Source: a virus. From it: a DNA stretch of 64,000 nt. The notes below the pieces were generated by a model. It saw only the letters and a program-made list of their open reading frames with translations. It was not told where the DNA came from and did not search any database. The translations under genes were made by a program, and so were the position numbers. Below are positions 19,962 through 29,401 of this stretch, piece after piece (position 1 is the stretch's first letter; each line of letters starts with the position of its first letter). The stretch spans positions 122,104 through 186,103 of IMG/VR virus record IMGVR_UViG_3300030099_008323; one strand, 5' to 3'.

Positions 19962-20456
19962 TTAGTTCTCCTTGAACCATTCTGGTTTTATTCCTTGTAA
20001 AATATGTTTCTCATACTCTTCTTTGGATTTCTTATCGTCAATCTCGCCTTTAACTAGCTTTTGCACAAAACCTAAAGTAATTGCATTAGCCACTATATCT
20101 GCACACCTGGCAGTTACTTCGTTTTTAAGTTGGTCTACAATAATACTTTCACTAGCTTCTGCTATGGGCTGCATTTTATCCTCCGGAACATCGATGATCA
20201 TAGTTGAGTATACATAATCACGATGTGGCTTAGGACAGCAGTGCTCGATCGATTCATCTCTTACATATGTTTTTGTAAATTTAGATATCTTATCATTCCA
20301 TAAAAGCATATTGCTAGTTACGTCATCAGGCTCGCCATATTTGCTGATTAATTCTTCAGAGTACTTTTTAGCATCGTCATGTTCCCAATTTTTTAAAACA
20401 TCAGATGCTTTTTCTTCATTTATAAATCTTCTAAAATTTTCAAATAGTTTTTTCAT
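19962..20456 (-). CDS. Leader-bearing hypothetical protein (putative internal virion protein)
   Basis: MKKLFENFRRFINEE leader. Confidence 0.7.
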   Translation of the reverse strand: MKKLFENFRRFINEEKASDVLKNWEHDDAKKYSEELISKYGEPDDVTSNMLLWNDKISKFTKTYVRDESIEHCCPKPHRDYVYSTMIIDVPEDKMQPIAEASESIIVDQLKNEVTARCADIVANAITLGFVQKLVKGEIDDKKSKEEYEKHILQGIKPEWFKEN

Positions 20457-20929
20457 TAGCAGTTACAATTCCATTTTCTTAAAGCTTTATTAATTCTACT
20501 ATTAGGATCTCTTTTTCCTTTTGCTCCAGTTCTTTTCTTTTTCATTCCGCACATTCTAGAACAAAAAGATTTTCTTCTTTTTGCAGCTTTACCGCCCTTT
20601 TTAAGCTTGCTAGGTTTTTTAGTAACTGCAGTTTTTAATTTTGATCCTGGGTTAGCTTTTCTATAACGTTTAACTCCTTTAGCGGTTAAACCACCAGATT
20701 TTGATTTGTCGCCACTTTTAACAGAAAATTTCTTAGGCATTTTACCTTTACGTTTTTTCTTTTTTTCCTCTAGCTCAACTTCTTCTTTTTGCAAAAACTC
20801 GCTACACCCAACCTTTTCACGAGGATCTTCTAGAAGCTCTTGCAACAAATCTTCATCTAATTGTTCTTCTAGAACATTTTGTATTTCTTCTTCAATAATT
20901 TGTTTTAGTTTTGATTTTATAATATTCAT
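20456..20929 (-). CDS. Leader-bearing protein with DUF6321-like basic module
   Basis: MNIIKSKLKQIIEEE leader; KSGGLTAKGVKRYRKANPGSKLK...RRKSFCSRM...RINKALRKWNC. Confidence 0.65.
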   Translation of the reverse strand: MNIIKSKLKQIIEEEIQNVLEEQLDEDLLQELLEDPREKVGCSEFLQKEEVELEEKKKKRKGKMPKKFSVKSGDKSKSGGLTAKGVKRYRKANPGSKLKTAVTKKPSKLKKGGKAAKRRKSFCSRMCGMKKKRTGAKGKRDPNSRINKALRKWNCNC

Positions 20930-21144
20930 TTCTTTTTTGATAAATCCTGAGTTTTTGCTTTAAGAATATTTGATTTAACAATAAATCTTAATATTTTTTT
21001 TAATTTCTTATCTTTAAGATCTGGGTCTTTAATAGATTTTTTTAAATAATTCAAATCTTTTTTTGAAAGACCATGGCCTTCACTTAAGACGTTAGCTAGC
21101 TCTTCTTGAATAATTGATTTTAAATCTAATTTGTTAATTTTCAT
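20926..21144 (-). CDS. Leader-bearing small basic protein
   Basis: MKINKLDLKSIIQEELANVLSE. Confidence 0.65.
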   Translation of the reverse strand: MKINKLDLKSIIQEELANVLSEGHGLSKKDLNYLKKSIKDPDLKDKKLKKILRFIVKSNILKAKTQDLSKKK

Positions 21145-21148
21145 TAGC

Positions 21149-21445
21149 TTATCCCTTTGTTAAGCCTACTTGTAATTCATGAGCCATTTCAGATGCTATA
21201 GATTTAAGATCAAAAGTAAGATAGCTATGCGCGCTGGTTGGCTGCATTTGCGGCATTACACCGGCCTCTTTTAAATCTTCAATCATTTGACCAAGATATT
21301 TGTTAACAACACTTACATATATTTGGCTACTATCAGGCCTCTTCGCGTCCATGGCCTTATTGACATCACCAATATCAATCTCTTGAACAACACTTTCCAG
21401 CTCTTCTTTAACAATTTGTCTTAATTGTGATTTTGTAATTTTCAT
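21149..21445 (-). CDS. Leader-bearing hypothetical protein
   Basis: MKITKSQLRQIVKEELESVVQE. Confidence 0.7.
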   Translation of the reverse strand: MKITKSQLRQIVKEELESVVQEIDIGDVNKAMDAKRPDSSQIYVSVVNKYLGQMIEDLKEAGVMPQMQPTSAHSYLTFDLKSIASEMAHELQVGLTKG

Positions 21446-21470
21446 TATAATTATTCTCCTTTTATTTCTA

Positions 21471-21716
21471 TCAACGCAGTCTATTAATTTGAATATTTAA
21501 ATTTTGCAAAGCTTCAACAGCAGCTGCAAGACTAGGTCGTAATGGTGTCATTGGATCACTTGGATTTTGGTCTAACATGTCAAGCATGTTGCCTAAATAA
21601 TCTGACATGCCACTAATTTTTTGAACCTCCTCAGGACTAAAAGGCCCGCCTTGATTAACGACTTCCGCCAGCTCTTCTTTGATAATTTGTTTTAATTGTG
21701 ATTTTGTAATTTTCAT
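21471..21716 (-). CDS. Leader-bearing hypothetical protein
   Basis: MKITKSQLKQIIKEELAEVVN. Confidence 0.7.
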   Translation of the reverse strand: MKITKSQLKQIIKEELAEVVNQGGPFSPEEVQKISGMSDYLGNMLDMLDQNPSDPMTPLRPSLAAAVEALQNLNIQINRLR

Positions 21717-21719
21717 TAA

Positions 21720-22079
21720 TCAGTCTCCATATTTTTGACGATCACGTTGCAATTGAGCATCCATTTCTTCTCTATCTCTCATATTATCAGCAAATTTAAG
21801 ATCTGCAATATTTTCAGCTGCATCCTCTAAATCTGAATCTACTAATAAGTAGTCTCTCATCTTATTAAGATTGTTTGCCGCAACAGCCATTTTGTTTGTC
21901 CACCAGGTTGGAAGATGGCCATCCATTTGCTCTAAAGCTTGGAGCATTTGGCCGGCATCTTCAATGATAGTTTTCATTGCACGACGAGCTGAAGATGCGT
22001 CTTCGTGACCGTCTTCATTGAGAGATGCCTCTAATTCTTCTTTAATAATTTGTTTTAATTGTGATTTTGTAATTTTCAT
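21720..22079 (-). CDS. Leader-bearing hypothetical protein
   Basis: MKITKSQLKQIIKEELEASLNE. Confidence 0.7.
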   Translation of the reverse strand: MKITKSQLKQIIKEELEASLNEDGHEDASSARRAMKTIIEDAGQMLQALEQMDGHLPTWWTNKMAVAANNLNKMRDYLLVDSDLEDAAENIADLKFADNMRDREEMDAQLQRDRQKYGD

Positions 22080-22678
22080 TATTTATCGATCCTACCAACC
22101 GCTCTATTATACTTGCGGTCAAAAGACGTCTGACGCGCTACCACGACTCGTGCTTCTTTAGCGTCCTTTTCACCACGGTGACCGACCCCACCTAGAATTG
22201 TATAAGACTTATCTATCGCATCGTCTAGCCACTTGCCGTGGCTGAGCCCGAGGAGGCCTCCTGTTCCTCCTGGTTGGGCTTTACTATAGATAACGGCATA
22301 GATACTATTAAGAAGCTCGTTTTTTGATGCTTGTACAAATTTATATCTATGGCCTAGGCTGCTTTGCATATTATCCCAAGGTTTATAAAATGTATCTACA
22401 AGCTGTTCGGCGCTTTGCTCCAGGCCCTGCGGTGTGACTCTACGGCTTGATAATTCACCCGCAAGCTTCTTCCATTCACGATTAAAATACGGTATTAACG
22501 CGCGCTGTTTATAGTCAGCCAGCTTCGCATTACTAATTATTTTTTGTTCTTCAGCTTTTCTATCCGGTGCTGCAGAAGCGTCAGCTGCCCTGGCGGCCGC
22601 CAACGCTGAATTTTCATTCAAAACACTTTCCAGTTCTTCTTTAATAATTTGTTTTAATTTTGATTTTGTGATTTTCAT
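22079..22678 (-). CDS. Leader-bearing hypothetical protein
   Basis: MKITKSKLKQIIKEELESVLNE. Confidence 0.7.
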   Translation of the reverse strand: MKITKSKLKQIIKEELESVLNENSALAAARAADASAAPDRKAEEQKIISNAKLADYKQRALIPYFNREWKKLAGELSSRRVTPQGLEQSAEQLVDTFYKPWDNMQSSLGHRYKFVQASKNELLNSIYAVIYSKAQPGGTGGLLGLSHGKWLDDAIDKSYTILGGVGHRGEKDAKEARVVVARQTSFDRKYNRAVGRIDK

Positions 22679-23790
22679 GCTGTCTTCCTCTTTTTTTTCT
22701 TTTTTCTAGGAGAATCAGTCGCAACATATGTAGGCTTAGCAGCACCAGATTTTTGCTGTTGATTCTTATCTTTTCTTCTTTTTCTCGCTGCTGAAGCACG
22801 TCTTTCTGCAGGTGTCATACTAGCTCTTTTTGCAGAGGATACACACTTTGGTACACCTTCTCCTTCTTTATCACTAGCACAAGAATCGCCTGTAACAACA
22901 TTTACCCATCCTGGTTTTCCATCTTTTGATTTTGAACCCTTGAACCAGTGATATAGGCTAGATTTTTTCTTTTTGGATTTTTTTTTCTTTTTAGGTTTTT
23001 TCTTTTCTTCAAGTTCAGCTTCTTCAAGACCTTGAATATCTACTTCGAGTATTTCATCCTCTAGTACTTCTTTTTCTTCAGCTTTAACACAATTTCTGTA
23101 CGTCTTACCGTACATTTTTTTAGTTTTTCTTTTGCTATCTGTTTTGTATCCTTTTTGACACCTGCCACCTTTTTCATTTAAAAAAGACTCGATTTTTTCC
23201 ATTACAATATCTTCTTTAGATAAAGACTCGTTTTTCTTTTTCTTGCCGCCCGTGCCCCAGTTTTTAGCGCCTTTTTTGCGACACTTCACAAGAGCGCCAG
23301 ATGCATATGCAGAAGGCCAAACTCTATATCTAGCTTTAACTTTGTAATAACAAGCATCTCTTTTGCCTTTCTTTTTCTTTTTAGCTCTTTTCTTTTTTGT
23401 TCTTTTTTTAGACCTTTTTCTTTTTTCATCAAGCATCTCTTCTTGTGCTTCAAAAAATATTTCAAGGCCTTCAGCAATATCTTCTTTTGTAATGTTTATT
23501 TCTTCATCATCGCCTGCAATAATATCTTTGTCTCTATGGACACCAATATCTTCGCTGCCCTCAATAAATTCATCGATGAAAGCATCTAAATCAAAATCAT
23601 CTGGAAGCTCAACACCTCTCTCATCTAAAAAAGGTTTAAGTTCATCAGGAGTTTTTAACATTTTGCGACCAATAGCGCCGCCTTCTTTGCCGATTAAATC
23701 TCTGGCTGCAGCTTCAACATCTTTTTCTGTTGCTTGTTTCTTCTCTTCTTCATTAACAAATTTTCGAAAATTTTCAAATAGTTTTTTCAT
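22675..23790 (-). CDS. Leader-bearing modular protein with alternating acidic and Lys-rich modules
   Basis: MKKLFENFRKFVNEE; modules DACYYKVKARYRVWPSAYASGALVKCRKKG and LYHWFKGSKSKDGKPGWV. Confidence 0.7.
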   Translation of the reverse strand: MKKLFENFRKFVNEEEKKQATEKDVEAAARDLIGKEGGAIGRKMLKTPDELKPFLDERGVELPDDFDLDAFIDEFIEGSEDIGVHRDKDIIAGDDEEINITKEDIAEGLEIFFEAQEEMLDEKRKRSKKRTKKKRAKKKKKGKRDACYYKVKARYRVWPSAYASGALVKCRKKGAKNWGTGGKKKKNESLSKEDIVMEKIESFLNEKGGRCQKGYKTDSKRKTKKMYGKTYRNCVKAEEKEVLEDEILEVDIQGLEEAELEEKKKPKKKKKSKKKKSSLYHWFKGSKSKDGKPGWVNVVTGDSCASDKEGEGVPKCVSSAKRASMTPAERRASAARKRRKDKNQQQKSGAAKPTYVATDSPRKKKKKRKTA

Positions 23791-24374
23791 AAGCTTAAAA
23801 GTTTTAATTGTTCAATTGTTTGGGCTGTGTTTTTATGATGAATTATTAGACCACCTTTTTTAGCCCACGGCCTAATCTTACTATAAGTATCATCAATAAG
23901 TAGTTTATTATCGCCAGAATATATAAATTTATCCTCTTCTATTATAATATTTATATCAGGCCCTAATTTTTTTTCAATCCAAGCCTTTTTTCCTGTTATA
24001 CACCCTTTTCCTGGCATTGGGGCAGTAAGTATAATTATTTGTGGCGTCGCGTTTTTTATGTATCTCCATAATTTTTGGCCGTCATTTGTCCATTTTAAGT
24101 CAGCCCAAAAATTATGATCGTCACTAACTCTTTTGTACATGTAGTTTCTAACTTCAATTATTTTTTTTTGTGGATCTCGCGTTAGATCAGCAATATCAAT
24201 TTGTGCTCTTCTACCTAGGCTTAATAGTTTTTTACGTAATTTTTCTATATCAACTTTTAGGTTACTAGGCACCCTAGAATTATCTAGAAGATCAGAGTTT
24301 ATATAATCAACAGCTCCTTTTTCAAAGTTAACTAAAACGCCGTCCATGTCGCAAAATATTTGTATTTTATTCAT
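23787..24374 (-). CDS. HAD-superfamily 5'(3')-nucleotidase-like phosphatase
   Basis: FCDMDGVLVNF, ILTAP, GKKAWI, LLIDD...W...GG. Confidence 0.8.
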   Translation of the reverse strand: MNKIQIFCDMDGVLVNFEKGAVDYINSDLLDNSRVPSNLKVDIEKLRKKLLSLGRRAQIDIADLTRDPQKKIIEVRNYMYKRVSDDHNFWADLKWTNDGQKLWRYIKNATPQIIILTAPMPGKGCITGKKAWIEKKLGPDINIIIEEDKFIYSGDNKLLIDDTYSKIRPWAKKGGLIIHHKNTAQTIEQLKLLSL

Positions 24375-24491
24375 TTTTTTGTCCTTTTAGAAAAAATATT
24401 ATAACACAAATATAATCATTTGCCATACTAAGACTGAATTTTTATTTAAAAAATATCTAATTATAGTAGTTCATGTTTAGGAGAAAAAATC

Positions 24492-25877
24492 ATGTCTACT
24501 GGCCACTTAGCCTTCCTCGGTGCCGCAAGATTTCAAGGTTACTGGGACGCGACGTCAAATAAAGCATCTGGCTCTGGCGTCTCAAATGCGCCATCTGGAC
24601 AAATAATTTCTTTATTTAGAACTGGCTCATCGGCTGGAGGCGGATACCACCCGTCTTCTAATCTTACGGCATCTGTTGGAAATTATTGGCAAGTTACAGG
24701 CTCTGGAGTGCTTAACGTTGATGGAACCGCAACATGGAAAACAAATGATTGGATTATATATTCAGGGTCCTCTTGGACAAAACTAGCATTTGAAGATACA
24801 ATTGCATCTGTGGTTTTTGGAGATTTATCCACCAGCGCCTTTCATATGGGCCAAGATAATGATCAACAGATTATCTTCGCATCTGGATCTGTGCATAGTG
24901 GCTCAACTAATCTTAAATTTAATTACAATACAAATACTATTGCACTTCCGTCTGCCTCGTTTGTTGGCGATCTTAAAATGGCTGATGATAAAAAAATAAT
25001 ATTTGGTGATAATAATGAAACGTTTATAAAATATAATGAAGCAGTTGATGATTTTCTTACAATTTCTGGATCTGCAAAAGGCATAGTATTGTCAGGTTCA
25101 ACAATACAAATAGCTGGAACTTTAGAGGGCGCTTCACCATTAAGAATTGGTGGTGAAGTTCAGTTTACATCAACTGGCAGAGAGGCAGCTTTTAATTTTG
25201 GCCCGAATCAAAATTCAAAAATATTTTATGAGGGAGGCGCCACAGGAATATTAGTAATATCTGGCTCTACAGCTAAGGGCACTGTTATATCCGGGTCAAA
25301 CCTTGTCGTTGATAAATTTATGGGTGTTGGAACAACAATCGATGAAATATCACATGCTATTACGCTGCCCAACAATGATGATACTACTGGTGCTATAAAA
25401 GCTAATTCTTACATATCCTACTCTTCACGTGTACACAAACAAAATATAAAACCACTAATAAATTCAATAGATATATTAAATAAATTAGACGGAGTTTCGT
25501 TTGAGTGGAAAAAAACAGGCCGAGAGGATTTTGGATTTATCGCAGAGGATGTGGGTAAAATATTACCAAGTATTGTATCTTGGGATAAAGAAAGAAAAGA
25601 AGCACAAGGCATCCAATACATGAAATTAATATCATTTATTGTTGAAGCAGTTAAAGACCAAAATTATAGTTTTATAGAATTAAAAGATGATATAGAGCTT
25701 CAAAACCAAGTACAAGATAGAAAAATAATAGAATTAAATAATAATTTAAGTGAAGAAAACAAAAAACAATATATATCGTTAAAACAAGAACTTACAAACA
25801 TAACGAACTCTTTTAATAAAAAATTGTTAGCACTAGCTTGCAGTACAACGCTTTTTTTAATACTTTTGGCTCTCTGA
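24492..25877 (+). CDS. Tail-fibre-like protein with S74 intramolecular chaperone and C-terminal hydrophobic anchor
   Basis: FQGYWDAT...GNYWQV...NDWIIY.G..WTK fibre module; SSRVHKQNIK...GFIAEDV...GIQY; coiled coil; ends KKLLALACSTTLFLILLAL; RBS AGGAG. Confidence 0.7.
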   Translation: MSTGHLAFLGAARFQGYWDATSNKASGSGVSNAPSGQIISLFRTGSSAGGGYHPSSNLTASVGNYWQVTGSGVLNVDGTATWKTNDWIIYSGSSWTKLAFEDTIASVVFGDLSTSAFHMGQDNDQQIIFASGSVHSGSTNLKFNYNTNTIALPSASFVGDLKMADDKKIIFGDNNETFIKYNEAVDDFLTISGSAKGIVLSGSTIQIAGTLEGASPLRIGGEVQFTSTGREAAFNFGPNQNSKIFYEGGATGILVISGSTAKGTVISGSNLVVDKFMGVGTTIDEISHAITLPNNDDTTGAIKANSYISYSSRVHKQNIKPLINSIDILNKLDGVSFEWKKTGREDFGFIAEDVGKILPSIVSWDKERKEAQGIQYMKLISFIVEAVKDQNYSFIELKDDIELQNQVQDRKIIELNNNLSEENKKQYISLKQELTNITNSFNKKLLALACSTTLFLILLAL

Positions 25878-25959
25878 AAAAGTATTTATAGTGGACTGGT
25901 GTAGGCGCTCCACGCGCTGACCAGTATTGCTATATAATAAATTTAAGGAGGAAATATTT

Positions 25960-28119
25960 ATGGCTACTTCAGACTTTTCCCAGTTAAGGACTTACCTTGA
26001 CTTACAAGACATGTCGGGCTCAGCTGGTGAGGCTTTACCAACTAGCGTCAACGGTGTTATTTACTACAGCTCAGGATCCATGCACATGCGTGATGATCTT
26101 GCTGTCAATGGTGCCCTCAGCGTAGCAGGCGCCATTACCAACGTTACTGACCCAACAAACAACCAAGATGCAGCAACAAAAAAATATGTTGATGATCAAT
26201 TAACAGCTTTTGACTTGGATGCCACTACAGACAGTGGAACTATTGACGTATTGCTTGGTAGCGAGACGTTAACTGTTGCCGGTGGCACAGGCTTGGATAC
26301 CTCAGCGACAGGAACTACAATTACAGTTAATATTACTGCTGGTGGTGTCGACACAACCCAATTAGCTAATGACGCAGTTGAAGGTACCAAAATTGCAGAC
26401 AATGCAGTTAACTCTGAGCACATTGCCCTTGGTGCACTAGACCAAGAGCATTACAGCACTGGCTCAATTGATAGTAACCACTTAGCCGGCTCAATCGCTA
26501 ATGCTAAATTAGCTAACAGTGCAATTACTATTGCTGGAAGCTCTACGTCTCTTGGTGGCTCAATTTCTGCTGCTACAATTGCTGCCGCGGTCGATGGTGA
26601 AGACATGGCTATCACTGCCTTGACTGATCTAGACTTCAAGACAGCAGGCAACAAGACTATTTTTGATACTGTCGGTGCTAATACACTTACTGTCGGAGCT
26701 AGCAATACAACCGTGGCTATTGCTGGTAATCTTTCAGTTGCCGGTACAACCACAACTGTTGACTCAACACAAGTTCAAATTGGTGATCGTATTGTCGAAC
26801 TTAACACTGCTGGTGCGTCAGGCGACGCTGGTCTTTACGTACAGGACGCTTCAACCAACCAGACTGGCTCACTCTTGTGGGATTCAAGCGAAGATGCTTG
26901 GATGGGTGGCTTGAAAGATGCGGAAGTTCACTTTGCCGATCTTAGTTCAACTCAGACCCTCACCAACAAGACTTTGACTTCACCTGATATCAACACGCCT
27001 GATATTGACGGTGGTACTATTGACGGAGCAACCATTGCTACTTCTAATATTACTGTTGGGGCTGGCAAAACTCTTGATGTTTCTGCAGGTACTTTAACTC
27101 TTGCAGCCGGTCAGATTGCGCATGCGGCTCTTGCTAACGATGCTGTTGATGGTGACAATATTGCTGACAACGCAGTTAACTCTGAGCACATTGCCCTCGG
27201 TGCGTTAGATCAGGAGCACTACAGCAGTGGGTCGATCGACAGCAACCACTTGGCTGGAAACATTGCTAATGCTAAATTGGCCAATAGTGCAATTACTATT
27301 GCTGGAAGTTCTACATCTCTTGGCGGTTCAATTTCTGCTGCTACAATTGCTGCAGCGGTTGACGGTGAAGACATGGCTATTACTGCCTTGACTGATCTAG
27401 ACTTTAAAACAGCAGGTAACAAGACTATTTTTGATACAGTAGGTGCCAACACACTTACTATCGGTGGATCTTCTACTACTTCGTCTTTCCCCGGCGCCGC
27501 ATCTATTGTTGGAGGCTTTCACGTTGGTCACGCTAGCGGATACGGTGGTGACGGTGCATCGTTTGACGATGCTGGCTCACTTTCAATGAAAGGAGCTTTA
27601 AGTGTCGGCACAAACAACAGTGGCGGGGCACAAGTCGGAAATAAAGACTTTGTTGTGTTTGGGCAATCTCAGGGTAAGAATGTATTCTTTGATGCTTCAG
27701 CTGACACATTAACTGTTAATGGTGCATTTGCAGTTAATGGTGATTCAAGTATTGTTGGTGATATTGGCATGAATGGCGATTTGACTTTACAATCTGATCA
27801 TGATGTTAAAGCACGTGCATTTATCACATATTCTGATCGTGAGTTGAAGACTAACATTCAGCCAATGAATAATCCTCTAGAGAAAGTTATGAAGCTCGAA
27901 GCAGTTTCATATGATCTTAAGACTGGCAAGAAGAACGAGATTGGATTTATCGCTCAGGATGTTGCTAAAATTGCTCCTGAAATCTGTGCTGTTGACAAGA
28001 ATGGTATCGGTCGTGGTATCGATTACTCAAGAATGTCAACTCTTCTCGTTGGTGCCCTTAAGGCTCAGCAGACTCAGATTGAGGATCTTAAGAAAGTAAT
28101 TGCAAAATTACAGAAATAA
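25960..28119 (+). CDS. Tail fibre/spike protein with S74 intramolecular chaperone
   Basis: Gly/Ala/Thr/Ser-rich beta repeats, DGGTIDGATI, SDRELKTNI...GFIAQDV...IDYSRM; RBS AAGGAGG before ATG 25960. Confidence 0.8.
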   Translation: MATSDFSQLRTYLDLQDMSGSAGEALPTSVNGVIYYSSGSMHMRDDLAVNGALSVAGAITNVTDPTNNQDAATKKYVDDQLTAFDLDATTDSGTIDVLLGSETLTVAGGTGLDTSATGTTITVNITAGGVDTTQLANDAVEGTKIADNAVNSEHIALGALDQEHYSTGSIDSNHLAGSIANAKLANSAITIAGSSTSLGGSISAATIAAAVDGEDMAITALTDLDFKTAGNKTIFDTVGANTLTVGASNTTVAIAGNLSVAGTTTTVDSTQVQIGDRIVELNTAGASGDAGLYVQDASTNQTGSLLWDSSEDAWMGGLKDAEVHFADLSSTQTLTNKTLTSPDINTPDIDGGTIDGATIATSNITVGAGKTLDVSAGTLTLAAGQIAHAALANDAVDGDNIADNAVNSEHIALGALDQEHYSSGSIDSNHLAGNIANAKLANSAITIAGSSTSLGGSISAATIAAAVDGEDMAITALTDLDFKTAGNKTIFDTVGANTLTIGGSSTTSSFPGAASIVGGFHVGHASGYGGDGASFDDAGSLSMKGALSVGTNNSGGAQVGNKDFVVFGQSQGKNVFFDASADTLTVNGAFAVNGDSSIVGDIGMNGDLTLQSDHDVKARAFITYSDRELKTNIQPMNNPLEKVMKLEAVSYDLKTGKKNEIGFIAQDVAKIAPEICAVDKNGIGRGIDYSRMSTLLVGALKAQQTQIEDLKKVIAKLQK
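26362..27465 (+). repeat. 336-bp (112-aa) internal direct duplication: 26362-26697 and 27130-27465
   Basis: LANDAV...NTLT(V/I)G nearly identical in protein; DNA differences mostly at third codon positions. Confidence 0.9.
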
Positions 28120-28143
28120 TTTAGTTATTGTTTAGATAATAAC

Positions 28144-28176
28144 AAACCCTCGGCTGATTCAGCCGAGGGTTTTTTT
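28144..28176. terminator. Rho-independent terminator, probably bidirectional
   Basis: AAACCCTCGGCT-GATTC-AGCCGAGGGTTT followed by a T run, between convergent genes. Confidence 0.9.
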
Positions 28177-28196
28177 ATATAAATTATCTATTGTAG

Positions 28197-29024
28197 TTAC
28201 AGACGATGATCATTTTTAAAAATTTTAAACTGTAATAATAATTTTTTAGCTTCTTGCGAACCACTAGTTTTTATTGTCTTTTGCAACAAATTTATTGCAG
28301 AATTTATATATATGCGCGCAGCGTCATAATATCCCTCTTCAAATGATCGATCTGCATTTTTTTTCGCTTCGATTGCTTTTTTAATTAAAACATTAGCAGT
28401 CTCTTCTTGAATTATTTCTTCTAATTTTGATTCTGCAATATTTATATTTTTACTAACCATATCATTTACAATCAAGTTTTTCTCACTTAATAAAGTCTCA
28501 ATCTCTTCAAAAAATATTTTTTCTAAATTATAAACTAATGATTCGTTTTTCTTTTTTTTCATTCTTTGCGTTTTCTTTTTTGATGCCGCAACTCTTTTTT
28601 TTGCGTAATCACATGCTCCTCTAAGGTTCTTCTTTTTTTGAGGATCTTTTGCTCTACCCGCAGCTACACATGCTCTTTGTTTAATTAGTTGCTTAACCTG
28701 TGATTGTCTTTTGTGAGGTTTTGATTTTAAAGACTTCTTTGCAAGAGTTTTTTTAACATCGGATGCAGTCTTAAAGCTTACACCCACAGTATCACTTGGA
28801 TTTTCATCGGTGTATAAACGACGACCAGATCCTTTTGGTTTTTTACCTGTTCCTTTTTTTGGATCTTTGCCTTCATTTGTCTCGTCTTCGTTAGCATAAA
28901 GAGCAGCTAAATATTTTTTAACAGCTTCTTTGTTTGGATCCGTACATCCAACTTTTTCTCCACGCTCGCCGTCTTTGTTTTTTTTATAAACACATCCTGT
29001 TTTGTAATCTGGAACATATGGCAT
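28197..29024 (-). CDS. Modular basic protein (putative internal virion protein)
   Basis: KDPKKGTGKKPKGSGRRLYTDENP module flanked by NE/LxE linkers; internal leader-like SKLEEIIQEE. Confidence 0.6.
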   Translation of the reverse strand: MPYVPDYKTGCVYKKNKDGERGEKVGCTDPNKEAVKKYLAALYANEDETNEGKDPKKGTGKKPKGSGRRLYTDENPSDTVGVSFKTASDVKKTLAKKSLKSKPHKRQSQVKQLIKQRACVAAGRAKDPQKKKNLRGACDYAKKRVAASKKKTQRMKKKKNESLVYNLEKIFFEEIETLLSEKNLIVNDMVSKNINIAESKLEEIIQEETANVLIKKAIEAKKNADRSFEEGYYDAARIYINSAINLLQKTIKTSGSQEAKKLLLQFKIFKNDHRL

Positions 29025-29398
29025 TAATCTGACTCCCTCACAAAATAATTAGTAACATTATATTTCTTAAGAAGTTTTTTGAAAGAAGATAAATCTAGAC
29101 CTAAAAATGCTGCTCCTTCACCTTTTGTTCTAGCTGCAGAATAAGTGTATTTTAAAACTGCATGCCGAACAATATCAGGCAAAGAGGACCATATGTTAAT
29201 TCCGTATAATTTATAGTTAACAGACTTAGCAGCCAATTCTAATCTTAGAGCAATTATTTCTTCTAAAGTTAAACAAGAAAGCATTATTTCAAAACGCTCA
29301 TTTATTTTATTTTCGGACTTAAGCTTATTAGCAATGCTGTAGTAATCTTGATCTTTCTTTTTGAATCTGCTTCTTTTACTTTCCCACATTATATTCAC
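29024..29398 (-). CDS. Fis/NtrC-type helix-turn-helix protein
   Basis: C-terminal TKGEGAAFLGLDLSSFKKLLKKYNV resembles HTH_8. Confidence 0.55.
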   Translation of the reverse strand: MNIMWESKRSRFKKKDQDYYSIANKLKSENKINERFEIMLSCLTLEEIIALRLELAAKSVNYKLYGINIWSSLPDIVRHAVLKYTYSAARTKGEGAAFLGLDLSSFKKLLKKYNVTNYFVRESD

Positions 29399-29401
29399 AC
29401 T

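Noticed and set aside
26362-27465. Diversity-generating retroelement TR/VR pair
   Set aside because: Differences between copies are mostly synonymous changes at all bases rather than adenine-specific, both copies are inside one ORF, and no reverse transcriptase is present
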